From Eukaryota sp. GEM-RC1 (Eukaryota): a stretch of 64,000 nucleotides of DNA. The position numbers and the translations under genes were made by a program. Of the stretch, positions 1 to 11,284 are shown piece by piece (position 1 is the stretch's first letter; the number at the start of each line of letters is the position of its first letter). The stretch covers positions 1,054,001 to 1,118,000 of the forward strand of contig JAUFOQ010000006.1 in the NCBI GenBank assembly GCA_040285855.1, in the 5' to 3' direction. The notes under the pieces were generated by a model. The model had not been told where the DNA came from. It did not search any database and was given only the letters and a program-made list of their open reading frames with translations.

Positions 1-1870
1 AGTAGAGGGATTAATGGAGCTCCTTTAGTTTCACGTATTACAGAGTTGAAACTCTCGGAAATATTAGATGTTAAATGACCATACCGACAACATGGAAAAT
101 GACACAAAGTCCAGTGTTCCTTGATATCCATTAGCATGTCGGGAGCTTGACGACTAAGAATTCTGATTTTTTGCATTACAATCAGGAAGTCTTCTACCGT
201 TGTACTTCCAGCAGCCTGCCAAATTAGTTTCATAAGACCTCTTTTCTGAAATTTCTTAAACAATTACAGTAAACAGTGTAATTAGTGTGGACCACACTAA
301 TTCTATACAAATTTTTCAGCATCGAAAATTAGAATTAGTGTGGTCCATACTAATTGTTACCCTTACTAATTCTAATTCTTATTTATTAGTGTGGTCCACA
401 GTAAATTCAGATATTATAAATTAGTGTAGTGTATTAAAAGTCAATTTGTTGAGCTATACAAAAATCTACTCGTCAATATCATCATCATCATTTGTTGTTC
501 CTCAGGCCAACTATCTGGCTTCAATCCTAGAAAGTTTTTAAAAATAGAAGTTTTGCCGGTATTTGTCAATGATAAGTTGGGGTTCTGGCTTGAGCTGTGA
601 CTCTTCCCATCTCCTAGTAGTGTTCAATGCAAGACCACATAAGATCATTGCCTTTCTTGGATACGTTAACCCCTCTTCATCACGTTGCTCATTCAGTTTC
701 TGGATGAATCTTGATACTAGTTCCAGAAAGTATTTCTCTTAAGTTTACCACTTTTTCCCAATTCTCATTCTCAATCAGAAGTTGTGTTAAGCTTTTGAAG
801 AGCAGCCAGAATGGGTGAGCCACAAACCATTAAGAGTGAAAGAGCTTACTAATTTCATTGTTCACATACAATCAAACTATTATATCACTAATTTCATACT
901 TTTGTAGGAAGGTTACGGTTGTATAAGGTTGTATATTCACTCTGTAGTAGTGGTACTGTAGTTTCATTTGTAAACAAAGTTGTATTGTAGTAGTATTCAC
1001 ACTATTTCATTATAAAATAATCAATAATTGAAGAAGGAAAATTAGAATTAGTGTGGTCCACACTGATTGTTGACCTTACTAATTTTAAATCCACACTAAT
1101 TACACTGTTTACTGTAGCCACCAAATGGCGGACACAATATCCATGAGGTTTGTTGTTGCTAAATATCTCACTGATACTGGACAACAACCCCTTTTGTCGG
1201 TCTGACAAGAATATAACTTCATTGAGTGGCACTTCAACACACTCCATCCACTTTTTAAATGTGTAAAAAAGTACTTCCAATTGCTAGTGTTCTCCACAGA
1301 AACAACTAAATAACAGAGAGGGTACACATGGCCATCTGCATCTAGAGTAGTAGCAGTTAGCAAAATTCTTCTGTGTTTTGAGAAAAGATGAGTCCCATCG
1401 ACTGAGATAACTTTGCGGCAATGTCGAAGGGCCTCAAATCTTGGCTTCAGTCCAATAAAACAACGTTGAAAAACACCATCATCATCTTCCAGATTGATTT
1501 CAGATCCAGGATTTCTTTCTTCTAATTCATCTAGATAAGCAGGAAGATCAATATAAGAATCTTCAGGTGAGCCATAAGTGGAGGCAAGAAGTCGATTACG
1601 TGCTCTATACGCACAAGCAGTAGATGTATCAACAGCATACAAGGTCTTCATAGCAGCTACGATATCATTGGCTGTTATATTTCTGTTGTGGGAGCACATA
1701 TCCATGAAGAAAGGATGGGAAGAAATAAAGGTCGCTGTAGCGTTTTTATGTTTGCAAGACTGCAGTGCAGAGCAAGAGTGTTCGACTAGTGTAGTAATGT
1801 ACCAATTATCGTCTTGTCTTTTATGACTGTTCAAAGAAAACGTGCAAACTGCCACTGTACAGCGAATCAA
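1..1870 (-). mobile_element. Mutator/MULE transposase, disrupted (frameshifts plus nested insertion at 267-1114); runs off window start
   Basis: Motifs SVDGTHL...TTLDADGHVYPL...EN...W..F (1109-1870) and FLSDRQKGL...HGYCVRHL (1002-1280). Reading continues beyond the insertion (bases 266 to 1, minus) with LIWQAA...RYGHLTSNISESFNS. Confidence 0.9.
267..1114. mobile_element. Non-autonomous Tc1/mariner/pogo-type element (848 bp)
   Basis: Perfect 24-bp TIRs CAGTAAACAGTGTAATTAGTGTGG, TA on both sides (265-266, 1115-1116), subterminal AATTAGTGTGGWCCAC repeats. Possible transposase C-terminal remnant CGLALN...WEESQL on minus, ~550-650. Confidence 0.9.
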
Positions 1871-4058
1871 AAGCCTTGTGGTGTCTGAGTGAGTAGTTTT
1901 TAAGCATCACTGGTATTTTTGAAGAAGCATGGTATAAGTGTAATTCCGAATTTTCGTTGACTGGTATTTCTGTAATAATCCCTAATAAATACACTCAACA
2001 TTATTTTTTACCTTGAAAATGTAGTTCTGTCCTAATCTAGGTTTGACTTAAGCATTCTTGTTATGGGAAGATTTTGAGAAAGAGTTAAAGTACAGAAGAA
2101 AACACCATATACTACTTTCTCAAGACGACTTTTGAGTGTTTTACCTCTCTAATACCTTAGCACAAAAACATGTGCGAGGATAGTTGTAGTTTAATGTATT
2201 AATTCAAACGAGATGCTCTTTGTTTTCTCACTGATATTGAAAAAGTTATCAAAACGAAATGAACAAGAAATTGGATTGCAAGTATTGGTTGAATCAACAA
2301 TATCTAACACAATTCCTATTATGACTTCAAAAGCTCTATTAGCTCTCAGTTTTTGTTGTGTAGAAAATGCTGATGTGAGTTTTAATGGCAAAGAATGTTG
2401 CTTAAATGATATTGAGTTTTAGGTTTTGTAGTTATCTTATCGTTGTTGTTCGATGATTCTTTTATGAAGTCTTTCTTCAATCGCTATCACTCTGTAGTAA
2501 TTGGAATGCAATGCTGACGTAATTTTGACGATCTACCACACTCAGAAAAGGCACTTACTAAATTCTTTTATCATCATAGTTGCAAATCCCATATTTGTGA
2601 CTTTGTGATATTCGTAATTTTAATTTAACATCACAATGATCGACCAGAAACTTTTTTCGAAATTTATAGAATTTCAACAACTGATAAAGCACTCGTCTTG
2701 TTCTTGCTCTTGCATTTAGGCTGTGGAAGACCTTCGGACTTTACCGTAGTATGGTCCAATAATAACCCAAATCCTCCCTTTTGAGGAATAGAATCAAAGT
2801 AATTCACGTTGTTGAATCCGATCTCATATCTCTCTAAAGGTATCCCAAAGACAGTTTGGTAGAGAGGTCTGTGGATGTAAGCAAGGCATGTTATTCCATT
2901 GAGTAGATCATGCATTTGAAGAAAACGGTTCCCAATCAATCTTTTCACCGAACCAAACTTTATTTTTAAGCAATCAATATTTAAAGGAAAAATACAAGTA
3001 TTTTCATCCAATAACTGGAGTAGATGATAGATAAGGCAAAGAGGGGGCTTCTATTTCATAGTTTACTTTAAGTTGACTAGTAAAGTGTTTCCTTTTCATT
3101 TCGAGTCAAAGTTTTTCAAATTGTTTTCATCTATTACAATCTTGGTTTTGCAGATGAATCCATTTCCCTTCTATGATATGGAAATTGAAGAAGCATAGTC
3201 AAACAGATTTGATCAAAACCTAGTCAATTGGTCAATTGCACGTTTTTCTCACATTGTTGAGTTCATAAATATGTTGTTTCAACTCTGTTTACAGTTTTAA
3301 CGACACTGTAGTTTTTTGCAGATATGCTTCTTCTAAATTTAGAAGTTTACCAAATTATTTGAACCTCATACCGAAAAAAATTTGTACAGTTCAAGAGTTG
3401 ATGTATGATAATCAATATCTTTAAAGTTCGTACAAAGAGAAAAACACTTTGGGAGTTTTACGATCAACAGCTATACTCAAACAAAAGTACAAGAAGACGA
3501 CCTTATAGATGTAGTGTTTGTAAGAATTGGGACATACAAAATGCAGATGCCGTGATGCTTAAGAAGTAGTAGTTATTAAATCGTTATTTAGGTGTATTCA
3601 ATAAATTCTTTCATGGAAGAAATAGGAAATATCGGTTAACATCTGAGTTGATGTTATTACCAATTCACAATAGCAAAAATTGACAGACGTGTATTAATAC
3701 AACTAGTAGTCAAAATTTTCTCAGTTTTTTTTACTGAGGCAATTATTACTTCTGAATTTTCAATTATTGCAATTTTTGATTCAAACTTGTTAGTTAAGGT
3801 GGAAGTATACTAAGAAGTCTGTATAATTCATTTATAAATTTACTTTCCTCCCTACCTTTTCACCAACGAACTGGAGCCAATTGATTCTCGGTTAATGTTC
3901 AAAATACTTGAATTCAGAAGAAAATAACAAACGTTTACAAGTGATTGTTATCTGAGAATCTTAACGTTTTAGTTTGCAGGTTGACAACTATAAGAAAGAT
4001 GTGGAGTAAATGTAAATGATCAAAATGAAAGTATTTTACAATTGCACTAATGAAGAAT

Positions 4059-5165
4059 CTAACGTCTACAGTTTCTTATTTCACTTAATAGGTCGAGAAA
4101 ATTAAGACAAAGCATACGTTCCCTCACATGTACTTCTCTATTTTTGGATAATTCATGAATTTTTAATGCCACAGTCTCAATGTATCCATTAACACCAGCA
4201 GCTTCAAGCATTTTCGTCCAAAAGGTGATTAAAGCTTCAACGGCAAAACGCTTCTGGTAATTGTTGACGAGCATTCGTGTGATGTTATCAGCAACGGAAG
4301 GTGAAATTACTTTGAAAAGTATAAGAGAAGCGGTCAACTGCATATTAGTTTGAATTTGGGATTTCAATTTTTCCTCAGAATAGAATTGTTCTGCCCTCAA
4401 TTGAGAAGTACTGGGAGTCTGATTCATACCTGCAAGAGTGGTCTTTAGTTGATTCAGCTTCTCTCCAACGTGTTCTGACAAGGTCGCATTGTGAACAAAG
4501 AAGTTTTCAAAATGGATGCGACATTGTCTGATCATGTCGGTTGAGATTTCGGTGAACGCAGCAGACAAGTTTTTACATAGGACTGAGTAAATGTTGATGT
4601 ATGTGGGTTCAGAGAGGGCTTTCTTGTACAGAAATTCAGCAAAAAGAGTTCGAATTCGTATCAATTGTTGAGGAGAAAGGATTTTTGAGAGGTGGTGGTT
4701 ACCTGAGAGGAGGTAGTGAAACTGGGTAGCTATTAGAGTAAGATTGCCTTCTGAGAGTTTGTTAAGAAGGCCTTTCATCTCTTTCGTCACGGCTAAGATA
4801 GCATCATTCGCCGCCTTTTGACGTTCTTCTTCGAGACTATAGGCGTTCTTTCCTCTGTGAATAGTAGTTGCTCGATCTCTGAAGTTCCACAAGTCCAAAT
4901 TCTCGGTTGGCTGTTTCTTCTGTCGGCAGGGTTTAACTGCGTTCGTATGCTCCCGTAGTATGGCATTGATGTTTACGATGACCATCCGTGGTAGTGGCTT
5001 GGCTCTCCGCCTCAATGATAAAACCATGTCTACAGATAACATTACACAGTTGACTGGATATTCTTCATAATGGGGGCATCTTGAATTAGTGGCACCTGAA
5101 TGATTGAAGTCAGCTGAACGAGGAGATTTATGATCGGGGGGAAATAAGATAGAAGAATTATTCAT
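4059..5165 (-). CDS. MIF4G-domain protein (short eIF4G-like)
   Basis: KGLLNKLS...LYKKALSEPTYINIYSVLC and C-terminal RERMLCLNFLDL match the eIF4G middle domain. Confidence 0.8.
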   Translation of the reverse strand: MNNSSILFPPDHKSPRSADFNHSGATNSRCPHYEEYPVNCVMLSVDMVLSLRRRAKPLPRMVIVNINAILREHTNAVKPCRQKKQPTENLDLWNFRDRATTIHRGKNAYSLEEERQKAANDAILAVTKEMKGLLNKLSEGNLTLIATQFHYLLSGNHHLSKILSPQQLIRIRTLFAEFLYKKALSEPTYINIYSVLCKNLSAAFTEISTDMIRQCRIHFENFFVHNATLSEHVGEKLNQLKTTLAGMNQTPSTSQLRAEQFYSEEKLKSQIQTNMQLTASLILFKVISPSVADNITRMLVNNYQKRFAVEALITFWTKMLEAAGVNGYIETVALKIHELSKNREVHVRERMLCLNFLDLLSEIRNCRR

Positions 5166-5823
5166 TTTAGGACAATTTCAAAAGTGTTCGTTCTTCCCAG
5201 AATTTGAAAATTCGATACTGTACACGAAGGTTCACTGTATCACAAATTCTCATTTTAAATGCAATGAGTCAACTCATTCACTTATCTTGAACAAGTCCTG
5301 AGGACGTTCCACATGTTCAATGATGAGAGGTGAACATGAAACAAATTCCTAATACACATGTGTTATAGATTGATTCTCTTATGGAGCCCCCCTGTGCTCT
5401 ACATTTTAACACCCTCCCTCTAAAAGAAGCAAATGAATCAAGTCTCTTTTCCACCGGAGTAAAACCCGACTCCCAGTATTTGACCTTATTGTTGGTTTTA
5501 GGTACCATGATGTAAGAGATAAGTGAGGCTAATTCGCCATTACACTTACATTATCGGCTGACCACTATGTTGCAGATTATGATTTGGAATTAAACCTTAC
5601 AACTAAAACTTATTACAGTTCCTAATATGATGGGTTTTATCTTCAATTTCTTCAAATTTGTATTCACCAGGATCGACTTGATCAATTATAGGTGCGAGTG
5701 GAGATGGTTTTGATGAAGAAACTACAGCACACGTACATCTAGATATAAATTGCCAAAATTGAACAACACGTACTAAAGTCTTCAACCAACAGTTCATCTA
5801 CTCTCAACAATGCCCTGGAACTA

Positions 5824-7179
5824 ATGATACAATCTTTCCGTAATCGAAGTTCTGCTATTCCTTCTCTGTTTAACACACTCTCGTCTAACAGAATTGTAAC
5901 CCACATCAAAGAGCGTAACATTGACAACGCTCTGAATGAACTTCAATCCAATGCTCAAACTCTCAAATTTCTCCCAAAGGACCCCATTGAGGCTACCCGA
6001 GATGCTGCTTCCCGTTTGTCAATTGACCTCCAAAAAATCCCTGCAGTCCATATTGCTGGAACAAAAGGAAAGGGTTCCACTTCTTTTGTTACAGAGCAAC
6101 TTCTCCGATCGAGTAATCCTTCTCTCAAAACACTGCTCTTCACTTCTCCTCATATCCTGAATGTTAGAGAACGTATCCGCATCAACGGTCAGCCCATCTC
6201 CCGAGACTTATTCAAAAAGTATTTCTGGAAAGTCTTTGATACGCTGGCTTCTTCTACTGATGATTCAAGGTATCCCACAATGCCTCCGTATTTCCGTTTT
6301 CTTACCGTCTTGGCACTAAAGATCTCACATGATGAGAAAATACCAATCAATGTGTTTGAGGTGGGTATCGGTGGAACGCTCGATTCCACAAATGTTATTC
6401 ATCCAACTGTTTGTGGTATTACTTCCATGGGCATTGATCATCAAAATGTCCTGGGGAACACCCTCAGTCAGATCACTGAACATAAAGCTGGTATAATAAA
6501 AGAGAACATCCCTGTTGTTACTGTTTTAAATCCTTTAGAAGCCATGAAAGTCATTGAAGATACTGCTAGGAGAAAGAATGCTCCGTTGAGAATAGCTAGA
6601 ACGTTGCCAAAGAAAGTATCATCTGTGTTGAAACATGTTCCGTTTGTGCAGACGAACACAGCTCTTGGTGTTGAGTTAGCTGATGCGTTTAGAGTTCGTC
6701 AGTTAGGTCAACAGAGTTGGTTTAAGGACGATGAATTGATTTTGCCTGCAAAAGCTATTAAAGCTATCAAGAACTTGTCACTCCCAGGAAGACATCAAGT
6801 CTTGTATTCTAACAATAACAGGATCTTCCTTGATGGTGCTCATACTACTGATTCCCTTGCACATACAGGAAGTTGGTTTAGACGCAGATCCAAGCCTTCA
6901 AAGAGCTCTATCTTGATATTCAACGTCACTGGGGATAGGAATCCCGCTACTCTCCTAACTGCACTTAATCTAGCGGGTCATTTCTCTCGAGCAATCTTCG
7001 TTGACAAAGATTGTGCATCAGAATGGTTAAAACTGGGTGGAAGTAACTCCATCTCTATATGTCCTTCTGTTAAGGATGCTGTTCGCAGTGCACTGTTATC
7101 TCCAGGAGACGTTCTTGTCACTGGATCTTTCCAACTATGTGGAGATGTTCTGAGAGAACTTGGTTTGTGTGCAGTATAG
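5824..7179 (+). CDS. FPGS: Folylpolyglutamate synthase
   Basis: HIAGTKGKGS, FTSPH..VRERIRING, EVGIGG.LDSTN, LDGAHT, LVTGS motifs. Confidence 0.95.
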   Translation: MIQSFRNRSSAIPSLFNTLSSNRIVTHIKERNIDNALNELQSNAQTLKFLPKDPIEATRDAASRLSIDLQKIPAVHIAGTKGKGSTSFVTEQLLRSSNPSLKTLLFTSPHILNVRERIRINGQPISRDLFKKYFWKVFDTLASSTDDSRYPTMPPYFRFLTVLALKISHDEKIPINVFEVGIGGTLDSTNVIHPTVCGITSMGIDHQNVLGNTLSQITEHKAGIIKENIPVVTVLNPLEAMKVIEDTARRKNAPLRIARTLPKKVSSVLKHVPFVQTNTALGVELADAFRVRQLGQQSWFKDDELILPAKAIKAIKNLSLPGRHQVLYSNNNRIFLDGAHTTDSLAHTGSWFRRRSKPSKSSILIFNVTGDRNPATLLTALNLAGHFSRAIFVDKDCASEWLKLGGSNSISICPSVKDAVRSALLSPGDVLVTGSFQLCGDVLRELGLCAV

Positions 7180-7482
7180 TGTAGGAATAAAACCGGTTTA
7201 AATCAACTTTATCAGAGCTTTCGCACCGTAATGAAGACCGGTGAACAGAATAATGTATGTGATGACTTTCTCATGGTTAGACATGGCGTATATGGGTATA
7301 ACTAACTCGAAGTGGCGCTTTTTCTTGGATAAATAGTGAAGGAAGTCATTCATGGACCAATATTGGGAATTGTTGATTGTTGGGGAAAAGGATTTCTTCA
7401 ACAAACAGTTGTAGAATTGAGCAAGACATCTGCGAAGGAAAGAGTGTGATTGTTGATCAGCAGAACAAGTCAAAAGACGTTA

Positions 7483-8266
7483 ATGTCCGATCCAGAACTG
7501 TCAATTCAGCATCTATTTGACAACGAAGAATTGTCTGATTTGCTCATTGTGTTTCAAGAGAAGGCATACAAAGTTCACACTTTCCTGTTGTCAATTCAGT
7601 CATCATTCTTTCGGACATTGGAAGCAAGTACAGTGTAAAGAAATGAAGGAAGGACAGTTGGAGGTTAACTTGGTTGTTGTTCCCGAAATATTTGAAATAT
7701 TTCTCAAATGGTTCTATGGATTCTCAATAGCCATCACAAAGGACAATGTGTCAGATCTTTGGATTCTTGCTGATTACTACCAAACACCACTGCTTCAGAA
7801 ACGGTTAGAAGTCTATATCGACAAACACGTAACAGAAACCAGTGATGCTGTTGACATCCTCACTACTAGTGATGCCAAAGGAGTCTACAGGCTGGTAAAC
7901 AAAGTGTGTGATCAGCTATTGACAAATGTAAACCTGCCCGTGATACCACTGAGTATCTGTGCTCTTCAAATCGTGAGTCATTCCATAGCTGCTAAGCCAA
8001 TCCTAGCTCAGTGGTGCCTACAGTGCTTCTTTGAGAGTATGCAAGTCATCAATGTTGAGACTGATGAAGAACACGCAGCACTGGAGAAGATTCTCTCTAA
8101 TTTGGATTTTCTCCATATTGATCCTTCTTTATTAGCCCAGTTAGAGAGTCAAACCTGGAACCTTTCTAAACCAATAATAGAAAGTCTCTACCATGCTTAC
8201 AAACACCATGCATTGAAGAAGGTTGCGTCAAAACAAAACAGAAAACCCTTCAAAACTAGAATGTGA
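7483..8266 (+). CDS. BTB/POZ-domain protein (one frameshift near 7610)
   Basis: LSDLLI...YKVHTFLLSIQSSFF in one frame joins PEIFEIFLKWFYG...ILADYYQ..L in the next. Confidence 0.8.
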
Positions 8267-8401
8267 CTCGATTAATTTGAATTTCTTGTATTATGATTGA
8301 TCAATTGAAAATGATTATAAGGTTTGTTGTTGTTAATTAACAATAATGAAACTAAGTTACAATAAAACTGTTATAGATCTTCAATTACATACAATTTAAA
8401 T

Positions 8402-10897
8402 CTAGAGCATCTTCATCCATGACCTCATAGCATTAACTACCATAAAATCACGATGAACTCTGGTATAATCCTTGTCATATCCACTGGAATAGTCAGAATA
8501 GGCAGGAATCTTTGGAACAGACTTACATCCCTCACAAGTCTCTGTACACAAAGAACAATCAGAAAAACCATCAGGAATACCAAAGGAGTCCTTATACCAG
8601 TAGAAACTGGAAAGTACCAATCTAATAGGATACTGATTGTTATTATCTGTAACTCCATATGGATTCATGAACAACCTAGTTTCAAAGGCGCGATGTACAG
8701 ACTCTTCGCAATCTTTGACTAGAACGCAACCTCTATCGTGCATATCTCTTGATGAGCTCCCTGGCATTTGTTGATCGTGGTCATCATTTTGAGCGACCAT
8801 TCGATCAAGCATATCGTAGACGCAATCACCAGCAGGCTGAGTGGGGTAAGCAGAATCCCAAATTTTAATTTTCTTGACATCATCTGGAGATAACCCTACT
8901 TCTGAGAGTTGTTTAGCAAATCGTCTTCCATAGTTATACCCTGAGTCATCATTACAAAGCAACATGTCTAACTCTCCTCCAAACAACACCTCTAACCAAG
9001 CAATGAAATCTGACGGCAGCTTTCCACCCATGCCTCTAGCAACTCTTCCAAAGATATTAGCAAGAGATGATGGAGAGATATGCTTGGCCGCATCAACTCT
9101 AATACCACTGAAACCCAAAGAAAGCCCTTCAACAATGAAATCGGCAATCCTCTGCTGAACATACTCACGTTCAGTATTCAAATCAACTAACCCACTTAAC
9201 CAACCACTATTGAGAATAAAGGGATCGGTCCAACTATTCAAAGGCTTCTCACAATGGAAATCTAAAGCAGAGTAAGGTACTGCAGGGAACTCTTGTTGTG
9301 GAGACTTACCAGAGTTTTCATTAGGTTGGAAAGTCCATCCTTGAGTGAAGAAGGGACTTTCTTTACCATAGAGACCACCTGTAGTTGTCTTGTTTCCCCA
9401 TTTGGAACATCCAGCAGAAGGATTTCGATGATCTTGGATATCGTTGCCACTGCCAGTCATGTGATTGATAACCGCATCAAAGTAAACTCTGACGCCGTAC
9501 TTTCGACACGTGTTGATCATTGACTTCAGCTGACTTCTAGATCCCCATCTACCTTGGAATCTGTATGACACTGGTTGATACATGAAGTACCAAGGGTTCA
9601 TCACTGTGTTGAAGGGCTGAGTACTCATTAGAGTCTCAGTGGGAGGGAACACCTTAACACCTAGATAACCTGCACTTCCCAAGAACCCACACTCCTTCTC
9701 AACGTCTTCATAAGGCCAACCAAAGAGCTCAACGATTGCTCCCTTTTGACCTCCTCTGAAGTCACCCTTGCGATCCAAAACTGGGATGAGGTTCCAAACG
9801 AAGTTGATGGGATCGAGGGTGAGGCGGACGTCGTGTTTAGAGGATTTTAGGATGATGACGAGTTCGCTCTCGAAAGAGGAATCGAGGTCAATCGAATCAC
9901 GTGGACTGCATGTTTGATTGAAACAGTACACAATGGTGTCGTCATCATCTCTTTTGAAACTAATGACCTTGACAGTCGCCTTATTGAGCTCACTGTTGTA
10001 TTTGATAGACGCATATCCAGAAATATAGGCCAAACCTTCATAAGACGGGAGATACTTAGCAGAGGTGTTCCTTGGAGTCTGCCACGTGTGAGAAGCATAT
10101 TTCGGGTCAGTTTCTGCGTGTTTTCCAGAACATTGGTTCTCTTGGTAGACATCACATCCAGGGAGTGGAGGAAGAGGACATTCTTTGCGACATGTATTAT
10201 CAGAGCACAATTGAAGATCAGGAAGGCATGTGATTTTACATTCTCCTTTAGTACACTTCGCACTTGCAACTCCTTTAGATTTATCAGCAGTACATGGGCG
10301 ATTACAACCTCCACAGTGAGTAGTACTGTTGGAGAAAGAGACGTTGCAGTCATTACAGTCAGTGGTACAACAACCCCAGCCCTTTTCACAGTCACATTTA
10401 CCATCAAAGGTACATTTTCCATGTCCACTACAGATTAGGCCCTTGGATTCCGGACAGCTAAGGGAGCAGTCAAAACCAAAGAAGGAAGGCTGGCAGCTAC
10501 ATATATCATCGATGCATTTACCATGTCCAGAGCATTCACCAGCATCAGACTGGGGACAATCGTCGGTGAGTTTGGAGAGAAGACCGTTCTTAAGAGCGTA
10601 GACACCGGGGCTAGCGATATGATAGTTCTTACCTCCATTGTTATCCCATTCGTTGTTGTTGTTGGTGACAAATTCGATTCCAGACCCATTGACTACGATG
10701 TAATACCAATCATTGAACGAAGGATTGGTGGACTTGGAGAAGGGAATCCCAGGAAGGGGTGTCCATTTCTCAGAGTGAAGGGGGCGGTAATGAAGATTGA
10801 CAATGTTCCAGGGAGAAAAGTAGTATAGACCTACGAGGTGATCGGCAGAATAGCATACAGCAATTATGCAGAAGAAGAAGATTGCAATCAATGACAT
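8402..10897 (-). CDS. Secreted GH13 alpha-amylase with N-terminal starch-binding-like module and EGF-like Cys-rich repeats
   Basis: Signal peptide MSLIAIFFFCIIAVCYS, WDNNGGKNY, CSGHGKC repeats, YQPVSY, DAVINHM, GIRVDAAKH, NDDHD. Confidence 0.9.
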   Translation of the reverse strand: MSLIAIFFFCIIAVCYSADHLVGLYYFSPWNIVNLHYRPLHSEKWTPLPGIPFSKSTNPSFNDWYYIVVNGSGIEFVTNNNNEWDNNGGKNYHIASPGVYALKNGLLSKLTDDCPQSDAGECSGHGKCIDDICSCQPSFFGFDCSLSCPESKGLICSGHGKCTFDGKCDCEKGWGCCTTDCNDCNVSFSNSTTHCGGCNRPCTADKSKGVASAKCTKGECKITCLPDLQLCSDNTCRKECPLPPLPGCDVYQENQCSGKHAETDPKYASHTWQTPRNTSAKYLPSYEGLAYISGYASIKYNSELNKATVKVISFKRDDDDTIVYCFNQTCSPRDSIDLDSSFESELVIILKSSKHDVRLTLDPINFVWNLIPVLDRKGDFRGGQKGAIVELFGWPYEDVEKECGFLGSAGYLGVKVFPPTETLMSTQPFNTVMNPWYFMYQPVSYRFQGRWGSRSQLKSMINTCRKYGVRVYFDAVINHMTGSGNDIQDHRNPSAGCSKWGNKTTTGGLYGKESPFFTQGWTFQPNENSGKSPQQEFPAVPYSALDFHCEKPLNSWTDPFILNSGWLSGLVDLNTEREYVQQRIADFIVEGLSLGFSGIRVDAAKHISPSSLANIFGRVARGMGGKLPSDFIAWLEVLFGGELDMLLCNDDSGYNYGRRFAKQLSEVGLSPDDVKKIKIWDSAYPTQPAGDCVYDMLDRMVAQNDDHDQQMPGSSSRDMHDRGCVLVKDCEESVHRAFETRLFMNPYGVTDNNNQYPIRLVLSSFYWYKDSFGIPDGFSDCSLCTETCEGCKSVPKIPAYSDYSSGYDKDYTRVHRDFMVVNAMRSWMKML

Positions 10898-11284
10898 AAT
10901 GAATTGAAAGAAAATCTGAGAACAAAAAGGTTGCAGTAACAATTGAGCCTGATCCTATTGTATGTTATATACGGCGTAAGTGAGCGCCATGGTTGGTACA
11001 ACAACCATTAGATCTTGTTAATACAATGGTCTGATATTGGTCTGCAACATGTATGATGCGTAATAGTTTGGGTTGAAATTGCGTCGTACAAATATAATGT
11101 TGTGGTAATTGGTTTGGTTCATCAGCGAGTTTAAGTTGTTTTGAGCAATCCCTGAAAGATAAAACACAACATAATAACAATCTTGTTAGGCCAAAAGGAA
11201 AAATATGTGTATTATGATACAAAAGAAATTACAGTGTGCACTAGACAATAAACAAGAGTGCAGAGAAAAGCAGCAAATGATCCC

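Noticed and set aside
2191..3011. Short ORFs 2191-2422 and 2664-3011
   Set aside because: No recognisable motifs; AT-rich, probably decayed TE sequence.
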